Both the position numbers and the translations under genes were made by a program. A DNA stretch of 63,939 bases, counting the filler, from Dugesia japonica (Eukaryota), in NCBI GenBank assembly GCA_001938525.1. It is 5 parts of 5 records of this genome, joined end to end, with 100 filler letters (N's around TTAATTAATTAA, not from the genome) between each part and the next. Parts side by side here need not be neighbours in the genome. Positions count along the whole stretch, not along the records: positions 51,540 to 63,939 come from MQRL01540634.1; 4 more parts are not named here. One strand, 5' to 3'. Positions within the stretch are counted from its first letter, which is position 1, and each line of letters starts with the position of its first letter. The notes under the pieces are model-generated. The model had not been told where the DNA came from and did not search any database. It was given only the letters and a program-made list of their open reading frames with translations. This document shows, one piece after another, positions 53,371 to 63,939 of this stretch.

Positions 53371-55374
53371 GATGATTCTACTCAATTTATTGAAGCAAAT
53401 TATACACTTTACATACTTAAGACTCAATTATTAGTGTATATACTTGTGAGAAAAAGTAGATTAAGTAAGTTGAATGGGGAATTTACATGAATGAAACCAT
53501 ATACTCAGGGTCACGATTTTTCAATAAGTAGTTTATTGAATGTATTTTGATTATGGGTGTTATGGTTATTGAACAAATTCAACGTATAATAGTTAATTGT
53601 ATAATAAATCTGATTATATTTGTATGAAATTACCATAAATGTATAATATTAGTACATATATTCTAGTAAAAAGTCATATTTGTGTATAATTATATAAAAT
53701 GAGTATATCCTACTGAAATTTATTGCGTATTTTAATGAAATTTAAATTTATCACTAGTAATTTTCAAGTTAAAACCAATATTTTCTTTGTTTAAATCTTA
53801 TTTTCAATAGTGACGACTCGTATATATTCTGAAGTATGACCTGTATAATCTTTGACGAAACATGTATATTCTGAGGTAAATAATGTATAAACATGATGAA
53901 GTGACTATTTCTTCCTATGAATATTAGAATTCACACAGTGGACAATGACTACTATACACTTAATTCTTGTTCAATTGAACATGTGTTGTACTCATATTGC
54001 ATTTATATTGTACTTATATTACACATGGATGTGAAATAACTGAATAAATCGGTTTGAATGACTAATTTAATGTTGTTTCTGATGGATAAATTGACTATAA
54101 TTTGTATGCTTTTAGTAGAATCAATGAATATCTATAAGAACAGCACATGTTTTGTACAAAATTGCTATATTTTAGCAAATTTATTAAAATTTATAGATTT
54201 TTCCATGAAATATGTATACTTCTCATCAAAATTTCTGAAGATTTTATTGAAAATTAAGTATATTTGTATGATATTATTGTGTTAAAATGTGATTAGAATA
54301 ATGAGAAATTATGTATACGTATTAAATTTTTGTATATGACTGATTAAATGTTTTGTATTATTCACGAGATTTAAGTGGTTTTGAACACAATGTAATGAAA
54401 ATAGTGTATATGATGATGCAATTAGACCATACTTTATTGAAATTAGTGAATAAAATGAGTGAATATTCCACTATGCTGAAATTAATATTCGAGAGAAATT
54501 TGATAGATGTTTTTGGAATTACATAATTTAACCAATAGAAGGAAGTAGTACAATAGGGTGTGATGAATTCAGTCAATGAGACTGATTAAAATATCATATG
54601 ATATTATCGAGCCAATTGAAAGATCGAGGGCGCATAAGAAAAGTAGTATAAGTACCGTTGCAAATTTCATTTAAAAAATCTGAAAAAGTTCACTTTTGAG
54701 TTTAACAAGTTAAAGGTGGCTTCTTAAAAAATATTCAGAAATATTATCAAAAGATCTGAAACAGTTTCTGCTGATGAATTGAAATAGGGATGAATTATTA
54801 TTATTATTATTTGATTGAGGAATTAATAGTAATATGCTCCTGGCGGTTATCATCGCTCACGTAAGTAAATCTGTAACCTACATTATAATATAAAGTTTGT
54901 AATAATCAATTTTAATAAACTTTCCTAAATCATGATTTATAATTTTTTTTGAATAAAGTAATAATAATAATAATGAAAGAGTAAAAGTAAAGATTCCTTT
55001 TTTCAAAAATAGACAGTAATCAATATTGATAATAGTAAGTAGGTGGATAGAAGCACACTAAAACAGTCAACCCCACTAACATTTTTTCAAATTTTGGTGT
55101 TTTGACTGTTAGAAATGTAGCATTTTGATTGGTCGTTACGATTACGTAAAACAATTATTTGAATTCGGGTTGGAAGGGTCGAATATTTGCTCGGGAAGAT
55201 TGAATGTTAAAATTTTGACTTCTAATTTTTGGTCAATTTTTATTGTATGGTTTCGGATTTGGTATTGAATTTCTTAAAATTGAAACCTAAACATTTTATA
55301 GGGTTTTCTGTATAAATATGCATAGTTCATGAAATGATACATAATTATATAATTAATTATATAATTATAATTAT

Positions 55375-56965
55375 TGTTGGGAAAATTTAGTGTAGGGCCT
55401 AGTAAAACCCCACGAAGAATTTAATCTTGCGTCCCCAAAAATTCCAGATCTTCGGAATGGAGCCGTTGACTCGGAATCCGAGTACAGACTAGCTCTCCTT
55501 TGGTTTGGGTTCATATTTCATAATACTCGCTTGATCTTCATTATATTCATAATTCTTACTGGTCATTTTCTTATGACTCCTTAATTCATTATAATTACAT
55601 TTGATGCGGCATTTATGAGTCTTTGTTTTATGATCTGGTTTAATCTTACTTAATTACATCTTTTACGGGTTTGTTAATAGTACAAAAGGAATTATTAAAT
55701 AGTTAGCGGGTTCGGAAAATCTTATAAATCGCATATTACCATTTATTACTTTTGATAAATTAAATACGAAATAAATACTTCCTAAAATTTAGAAAATTAG
55801 ACAACTGAGTAATAATACCAAAATTTTTTTAAATAAAATATATATTGCAGCATATACAGGATACAGCATAATTTTAAAATTACGTAATAATTAGTACTTA
55901 CATGGGACGCAAATCGTTCCGGAGCAATCAGACAGAGTCACGGAAAATCTTCCTTGAAATCAAATAAAATTGGTTTTTTAACCTTTGTGCATTTTCCATA
56001 AGTTTTGGGTCGGAAACCGTTGCATAACACATTTTTTAAAAACCGATCATTACCTCTTGNGATAAATTGCGATCCAGTATTAAATTTGTTGACGAGTACA
56101 AAAATGTTTTGATTGATTAAGCTTACTTTTTTTAGTTAAATTTAATGAAAATTACATCGGTATTTATACCGGTTTTTAGATACACCCTCGTTTTTTCTAT
56201 TGGTCACAGGGAGTAGTTCGATTTTTCTGACGTTCTTATTGGATTGATCGTCACATGAGTTCTTTTTATTGGGTAGAATTTAGGAATTCCAAAATTACTG
56301 GAGTTCTATTTGTCAACCTTCAGACCCTTATAACTTTTTTCTGGATCTGGTTACGATTTTTTAACTTGCATTTTTGAATTCCCCGATTTTTTATTGTCCA
56401 AAACTTTTTTAACTGCCAATTTTAACTCAAGCGGAAACTTTCATTTTTCTTATTTTTGAAAAATTATTTATTTTCCGCTTCAAAATAAATCATTTTAATT
56501 CATATGATTTATTTTATTTAAATAAATAAATTATTTTATTTTATTTTCTTCATAAAATTTTAATTAATGTTCATTTCTTTGTTTTTCTGATCTAAATTTA
56601 ATTTAATTTCTTTGTTTTTCTTTCATTAATTAATATAATTAATTCCTTTAATTTATTTTCTCTTTCTCCCATTTTTTGTTCAATATGGTTTTCTTAGTTT
56701 TGCCTAATGAACTAATTGTTATTCATTATTTTCTTTATCTGGCTGATAGCTTCTATTACTTCTTTTCTTCATTTTGGCTTTCTTATTTCTGAGTTGTTTC
56801 TTGCTATAACTAACCTTAGTTTTTCTTTTAATTACTTCTTTCCTTCCATGAATTGTGACTTTTGTTTGTCTGTATTCCTTGTTTCCTCATTTGATGACTA
56901 TCTTTTCACTTTCGACTTTACCTACCGCCATTTTTATTATTCGTACCAGGTGTTTCACCCCAACA
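55375..56965. mobile_element. Solo LTR, 1591 bp
   Basis: TGTTGGG...CCCAACA termini with TTAT direct repeats on both flanks; both ends have homologues elsewhere in the window. Confidence 0.75.
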
Positions 56966-57050
56966 TTATAATTAAATTAATAATAAGTTTCAAAATATTA
57001 TTATACTATTCAACTTATAATTAAAAACTCAATAGGAATATAACTTTACT

Positions 57051-57454
57051 TTATACGAAACATGCTCTCAGAAATAGTAGTGGCGCATTGAGCCATCTCA
57101 CCTTTAGTGTTTTAGACGATTTTGACTCTAAGCCGATATCATTAGATAAAGAATTAAAAAGTAGATCAGAAACATTTTCATGCCAAACTTTTGAAAATGC
57201 TTCCTTCTATTTGAAAATCGAGGTCAAAGTTTTTAATGTAAAATTTCAAAATTTTATTTCTCTGTAAAAAATTATTGTATGAGGTTGAATTTTCTATAAA
57301 TATTCTTATAATTAAAAGTTCTTTATTTGCTATATAGAGTATGTTATATAACTATGCTTAGTTCACTCAGTAAAGAATGTAGTGCATCATTAAACCGATA
57401 ATTAAAAACTGTCTCTTCATTGTCTAAAGGACTTATAGCTAAAATTGCTTGGTT
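57051..57454 (-). CDS. Last two candidate exons (57353-57454, 57051-57206) of an unidentified gene
   Basis: AG/GT-bounded, phase-0, stop-free: NQAILAISPLDNEETVFNYRFNDALHSLLSELSI|KEAFSKVWHENVSDLLFNSLSNDIGLESKSSKTLKVRWLNAPLLFLRACFV*. Confidence 0.5.
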
Positions 57455-57829
57455 CTTGAAATAAAAAAAACTATTGATTATATTTGTAATTATAATTTTA
57501 ATTATTTTTATTTTTATACTATAAAAATCAGAATAAAAAACTGTCTATATATTGATAATTGAAGTACTATCGAAAAATGCTTCCTTCTTGATAAAAAGTT
57601 TTTAAAAAATTTTCACTGATTATAAAAAGGGGAGGAATATTCCAGTGCGCTACTATCCATCTACTATAATAATAACAATAAATATGGTAATGATAGCCCT
57701 GGTAGAATGTTTAGGATCATTGTATTATAAATAAATGAAAGCAAAATACAAAAATCCTTTTATAAACGAATTGCGAGGAAAAATTGATAATGAAAAAAAT
57801 TTACGGAGTCATCAACAGGTATTGCAACA

Positions 57830-58030
57830 AACCAAAGCGAGTGTTATAAAAGATAAGAACTTAAACGAAAGGAATACGACCATGCACTCGAACTACGGGT
57901 TAAGAGCCACTGGCTCTATTCTACAGATCGAGATTAGGGACACTAGATTAAATTCTTCGATGTGGTTTTACTAGGTAATTTTACCTTCTGACATAAATTA
58001 CAATTGATCTGCCAAGATGGAACCCAAACA
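57830..58030 (-). mobile_element. Partial copy of the 55375 LTR family
   Basis: Reverse complement TGTTTGGG...CTAGTAAAAC...GAAGAATTTAATCTAGTGTCCC...GAATAGAGCCAGTGGCTC. Confidence 0.75.
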
Positions 58031-60136
58031 ATATTCTTAATTTTATATTTATATATTTGAAAGAAAATATTGACATATGCATTTGATGCTACCCGGATAT
58101 TTGACAAAAAATTTATTTTTATTGATATTTTTTGGCAAAGCAGCTTTTTTATTTTTTAAGTTCCTAAAATACCCGAAGTTAGCTGCATTGATTCCATTCT
58201 AATCAATAGATTGAAAATGTATAATTGTTCAAAGAATTTATGAAGTTTAAATTTCTCATATCATAAAAATATTTTGGAATGTTTCAGGACCTTTTAGAAT
58301 ATTCTGAAACAATTTGAAATTAATTCAAAAATGATGTTTAAGAAGCAATTGCTTTTATTCAAGCTGATTATGAGAGATTTAATGATTTACAAACTGAAGA
58401 AAATGAGTCTGAAAATGTATGAAATACTTGATAAGCCTGTCAACAATGAAGATGACGATGAGGACTAAAGTAACGAAGTAAGTATTTTTTTCACTTGGTA
58501 TTCGAGTGTTAAATAAATTTAAATACGATATATTTTGTAGTACGAATGAATCAATGAACAAAAAATGGTTGCTTTATTGAAGTTGTAGAATATTTTATTG
58601 TTTTTGAATTTTTCAATCAATTGGTTTTTAATGTTAATTTTGTGAATTTTAATTTTGAATTTAATTTTAAACGAAAATTTAAAAATTTCAGTTTAATTTT
58701 AATAAAATTAAATTATTGATATAGGTTAAATAAAACGAGGTTCCACATTTTAAAATTTCTGAAACTTTTTGAATTTAAACAAAGAAATTAACGGAACCTT
58801 CACAATGTTTTTTACCAGAAAATGATAAACATTTTGTAGTTTACTGTTTAATAACTACATGCAATTCAACATGAAACAAGACAATTTTAAAATGATAGTT
58901 GAAATATTTGAATTCAACTTCAATAAGCTGAATTGTTCGAAATTAAATATATACCAAATAAAACGAAATATTGAAAAGATCTGTCATAATATTAAAACTT
59001 ACACATATGTACATTATAACATGTTTTTTCATGTTCAACTTAAGAAATTATTTTAAATTTATACAATGTAATTATTTCAAAATGTAATTGCTAATTTTAT
59101 GTTTGATTTATTTCGAATGGGTTTTATGAATTCTTTTATATAAATTNNNNNNNNNNATTTAATTGGATTTTAATAAAATACTTGGAAATTAATAAATAAT
59201 AAAAGTGCTTTTGAGGAATTAAAAATTTTATAAATCATATTTATTTTAAAAATGCTCATTAAAAAAGTTGAATTCGCAAAAACTTTAATAAAATAATTTG
59301 AAATTAAAAACAATTTATGATTATTAAAGAATAAAAATTCTAATGATATGATATTAAGTTTAGGTATTTTATTATTAATATAATTTCTTATGATAATACA
59401 GAAATAAAATTTTATTATTCTTTAAAACAAATTAAAACACATTAGTGAATCGTTGTTCAGAACTCATGGTAAGGTTTTACCAAGCTTTCAAAAACTCATT
59501 AATTAATTTAACATAATTTTATGTTGTGATTATAATTGATTTTTGAAATAAATTTGAATTAATTATTTCTAAAAAAATTAATTAAATATTTAATTTTAAA
59601 ATATAAAAAAATCAAATTAATGTTAATAACTTAAAACGTTAAAATCGTTTTAAAAAGAAATTAAATTAGTATCATTGTGATTTTTATAGACAATATTCGA
59701 ATTTAAGTTTTAAAAAGTTTATAAAAATGATGTAAAAATAAAGTATTTACCTTATTCTTCAAATAAATTCAACAGACAAAATGTTTACCAACCAGAAAAT
59801 AATAATTAATATTATATTTAATTCCAACTGTGCTTTATAAAATAGTAATTGTCTTTATATCATTATTAGCTGAAAACGGAAGCGATTAATAGAAATGATT
59901 TAATTTTGAAGCAATTAATTATTTAAATTGCTTTTCTGACACGTTTTCAATATTAGATAATTTAATTTATTTAATTTATTTAATAAATTTTATTATTAAA
60001 AAACATTTACAAATTATACTTGCACATTTATTTTAAATAATATATCTCTAAATTTTAATTTTTGACATAATATGGTTACTTTATTAATGAAAGACATGTT
60101 GTTTGTTTTAATATTGCATGCTTTTTTTATTTAAAA

Positions 60137-60458
60137 ATGTCAACATTTGTTCAACCTAAAGTTCCTAATAGTTGTGGCTCTTTAGTAATTAATTCGCTTG
60201 GAGCCATTTTATATTCTAGTGGAGATTTAGAAAACGATGAAGACTTAAGTCAAAAATTTTTTTCTATAGCTGTTCGATTGCAGTTGCTTTTAAAATCGAA
60301 AAAGTTTATTAATTTTGAAAGTTAATTTTTAATTTCAATTCTGGAATTTATTATTTTATCTAGTTTATTTTGATGATTTCCTCTACTGTCTAACATGTGT
60401 GGGTGAAAATATATTCGTAAATAAGCAGATGAATGAAAGTATTCCAAAAAATGTGTGA
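60137..60458 (+). CDS. LAMTOR4: Ragulator complex subunit LAMTOR4 (exons 60137-60320, 60364-60458; 92 aa)
   Basis: GSLVINSLGAILYSSGDLENDE matches the LAMTOR4 signature GYLV..GAVLASSGDLENDE. A 43-nt GT-AG intron restores the frame to IYFDDFLYCLTCVGENIFVNKQ...*. Confidence 0.9.
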
Positions 60459-61489
60459 AAAGAAAACTAATTTATTCATTTTTAAAAAAAAATCGTGATT
60501 TTTAAAATTTATTTTCTTGATTGTGTAATATATTTTATCTAGAATATTGAATTAATAAAGTAATTTTACATAAATGATGAGATTGTAAGTGAAATTGATT
60601 AGTTTTTTTATTATGTTCTAAATTGATATGGTTATGGCTAAATTTCGAAACTTCTTTGACTGTTAATTTTAGGTAATGTAATAATCTTTGCTTATGCTGT
60701 ATTTATTTAATTTTAAATTAATAGTAGATTTTAATGTATTCGGTTGGTAAAGCAGATGCTCGGATTATGAAAACAAATTTGATTGATTAATGGCAACTTT
60801 AATTCTGGTGTTACTGTCAATTTCGAGATTTTATACTTTTATAAAATTAGTCGTGGATCAGAAATTATATTAATCAACAGCTTAGCTAGAAACCTTAATG
60901 AGATGTAATCTGTATTGATTTCAAATGAATTGAATCATAAGTGCAACACACCAAATTTAGACAACTTTTAATTTAATAGATTATGTAATACGTACTAAAG
61001 AATAAGGGTTTTTGAATTTGTTCCAATGAAGTCATTGCTTAGTTACTGGTAACAGAGTGCTTACATTATAAAGGCATACCGAAGACTAAATTTAGAAGTA
61101 TCTAATATTAAAAATATTAATTATTTTTTTGTTTCATTATATAAGAATTTATAAAAGTAACGCTATAAAGTATTCTTTCAGTTGATAATGCTTTTTCTGT
61201 GATAAATTTATATTTTCATTCCTAACGACATTTCTCGATTTTATTCACAATAATTGGATGTCTAATTTTAAAGTTTCCGTGTGAGTGATTCTTTCTTGGT
61301 TTTCTGGTTTAGATGGAAGTTTTCAATTTATTAACATAAAATATTTGATTGTCAAATCGACAAAGTTAATATTTCTTCATACATTTCGACTATTTGATTT
61401 TTGAACCAAAATTCCATAATATTTTGGCTCAATTTCGCTTTTTGGATCGTGGAAAAATTTTAAGTATCAAAGTAGACAGTTATTTGATA

Positions 61490-62000
61490 CCAAGCTATGC
61501 CTGCATGGTTCATATCTTCGGCAATATATGTTGCCGTTATTTTTAGATCCTCAGTTTCCTTTAGGAAACGAATAGACTTGTTCCGCATTTCTTATAGTTG
61601 TAGTCTATTCGCGTCGTTAAATAGCTGCAATTAACTGAACTTCTCGACCTGTCCGTTGTTTTTTTTGTTTCAAAGTGGGTCAATGTATTGTGAGGGGTTT
61701 CAACTTTCAGTAATTTGAATATGTCTATAAGACGTGTTTCATAAACTACGTGAATCCTTCGCTTTTAATTCAATAATGTCTGACGAAAGAACAAAACTTG
61801 CAACAATTTCAGAAAAATTTGTGCCAAATGTGAATGTTTAAACAAGATGCATGCTTTGTTATGGTAATATGAATCATAGACGTAATGAATGTCTGCTTAA
61901 GAATAAATGTTAAATTTGTGGTAAAACTGGTCATTATTTCAGACTGTTTTTTAGTTATCAGTACCCATTAAAATGGAAGAATATCATGTTTTCATGACAA
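61490..62000 (+). mobile_element. Gag remnant with tandem zinc knuckles
   Basis: Degenerate CF..GNMNHRRNEC and C.ICGKTGHY..C at ~61850-61945. Confidence 0.55.
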
Positions 62001-62584
62001 AAAAAGAAGTATGAATTAGATTTGACAATTAGAAGTGTGAATAACTTTGATGCAATCGATGATAGTGAAATGGGAAAAAACTCTTATCAACTCCCCGTAG
62101 CTTTCTCGTCAAAAGGAATTGAGGCAATAAATTTCAATGATTAAAAATATAGAAAAGAGGAAGATGAGATGAATGACGAAGAATTTAGAATGTTTTAAAA
62201 TATAAGTGGAAGGTAGTGAGGTATTATGAATAGTAATTGATGTAATATTAAAGTGAAGAAAATTTTATCTGAATTGGTGCACCAAGTATGTAATAAAATT
62301 GTAACATAATGAGTTATTATTATCGTGTTTACTATTATTTTTACATGTAAATTAGAAATTTTATTTGTGCAATTCATTGAAATTTTACGTCTTTTTAAAT
62401 ATTTAATTTTTACGTAGATTTCTAAAATATTTAATGAACATGTGATGGTTCAACACCCATTGGTTTGTACTACTTAGACCATTATAAAATAATATTTTGT
62501 AAAAGTGTGATGAAAGTCGCGGACTGGAAAAATGTTCAAGGCCGGCAACATGTGGCCCGCATGAAGCGTGTTGGTCACCCTTGT

Positions 62585-62935
62585 TCTAATCCATCCAAAG
62601 AATTGATTCTAGACACTAATGCAAGTTTCGTAGCTATTGGAGCTGTTCTAAGCCAAAGTGATTACAAAAGCAATAAAAAGTCATTTTTATTTGAGTTTTA
62701 ATTCTAACCAGACTAGCTATTCATAAAGTTTTTATGCATTTTAAGCATTACTTAATTGGAAAAAAGTTTAAAGAAAAAACTAACTAACAAACTATGACTT
62801 ATGAAGAAAACGAGTAAACTAATTAGTTGACAGTTTCAGACTTGGTTTGTCTATCTTTTTGGCTTTAATTTTGATTTAGAATATTGAAAAGAACAGATCA
62901 TAGTAATGCTGACAAGCTGTCTAGAATAGATGTGT
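62585..62935 (+). mobile_element. Gypsy RNase H remnant
   Basis: ELILDTNASFVAIGAVLSQ...QFQTW...HSNADKLSR. Confidence 0.75.
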
Positions 62936-63181
62936 TGCAGTTGTAAGCTAGGCTTACATTAATAATTCCAGTTTAATTATAATTTATTTAGTTTAATTTA
63001 AATTATGTATTATGGTTTTAATTAGTAAAGGTTATTAAGGGAATTACTAAAAATAGTAGATATTATTCTATTATTAATTAAATTATTTTATTTACATTAT
63101 TAAATTATTTAAATTAGAAAATAAAATTTACAGGGGATTTTTTTTAGCAATTTAAATTTTAAAAAGAACTTATATTATTAG

Positions 63182-63400
63182 TGTTGGGGTTCCACCTGCG
63201 TTGGCTGTTTCATTTTATGACTGGGGGATCCGTCACCCAATAGAAACCCTTGAAGAATTTAATCTAGCGTTCCAGTGCTAGATTTTCTGAATAGGACTGG
63301 TGACTCCCAACCCGTAGTTAGGGTGCTTGTCCGTATTCCTTTAGTTCGTGTTCTATAAATTCCCCTAATATTTCACTTATGAAAAGATGAATACAACAAA
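63182..63400 (+). mobile_element. Copy of the 55375 LTR family (extent to the right unknown)
   Basis: TGTTGGGG start; GAAGAATTTAATCTAGCGTTCC...GAATAGGACTGGTGACTC module. Confidence 0.7.
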
Positions 63401-63939
63401 GTGATTAAAAAAGTTAATGAATATTCGGAATTATAAAGATAATTAGGGTTTTGCTGCATGTTCAGGTTCAATATTGAATGCGGCCGGATCGTCTAACTGG
63501 TTGATCGTTAGTGTACGGTGTCTGGTGGCCAGATCCGTAATATACACTTTTTTACGGAATAGTATATTTGTGGTGCTGATGGCGACGGGCAATTGTTTTT
63601 TACAGACGATTTTGAGTTGTTTAATAATTTCATTCCTTTACTTTATGTGCCGGAGCNNNNNNNNNNNNNNNNNNNNNNNNNNNNNNNNNNNNNNNNNNNN
63701 NNNNNNNNNNNNNNNNNNNNNNNNNNNNNNNNNNNNNNNNNNNCGTGGTAACAAAAAAAATCTACACGAGATGAAACATTTAAGACTTTATTTACAGCTG
63801 TCAAAAATCAGTTCAGTTTGTGTTACCTTATCAATGAGAAGGGGTTCAATGGGTATCCGTGCCATCAATTTTAAGATATCCTCGACCAGTTGATTTTCTT
63901 GATTATACAATTGCTTTATCAATATGGCAAGAGAGTCCA

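Noticed and set aside
57074-57668. TIR element bounded by tagtagtggcgca / tgcgctacta
   Set aside because: The left match is short and falls inside a plausible coding exon; no TSD.
62500-62582. hAT-like right end (gtggcccgc...gttggtcacccttg)
   Set aside because: No matching left end or 8-bp TSD found.

Overview
Very AT-rich eukaryotic (animal-type) genomic DNA, not prokaryotic. It is built from five contigs joined by 100-nt artificial linkers (44N-TTAATTAATTAA-44N), so adjacency across the linkers is not biological evidence. Host genes I can reconstruct by hand: a divergent Sin3-like corepressor (minus strand, many ~40-nt GT-AG introns), an internal part of a KIF21-like kinesin (minus strand, with a candidate 12-nt microexon), a complete two-exon LAMTOR4, and the last two exons of an unidentified gene. 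Most of the rest is decayed mobile DNA: at least seven Ty3/Gypsy remnants, a pogo/Tc2-like transposon nested in a Mutator-like element, piggyBac-, Harbinger- and Helentron-like MITEs, and microsatellites. The most unusual items are: (i) a ~7.4-kb NeSL-type restriction-like-endonuclease non-LTR retrotransposon with zinc fingers, a Ulp1/SENP-type protease, RT and RLE, preceded by ~800 codons of unexplained frame; (ii) a 1.6-kb solo-LTR family whose diverged copies keep a structured ~150-nt module; (iii) an integrase split and inverted at a 76-bp LTR; and (iv) several strand-biased degenerate repeats with ~10.5/21/31-bp periodicity. All family assignments come from motif recognition by eye; no searches were run.
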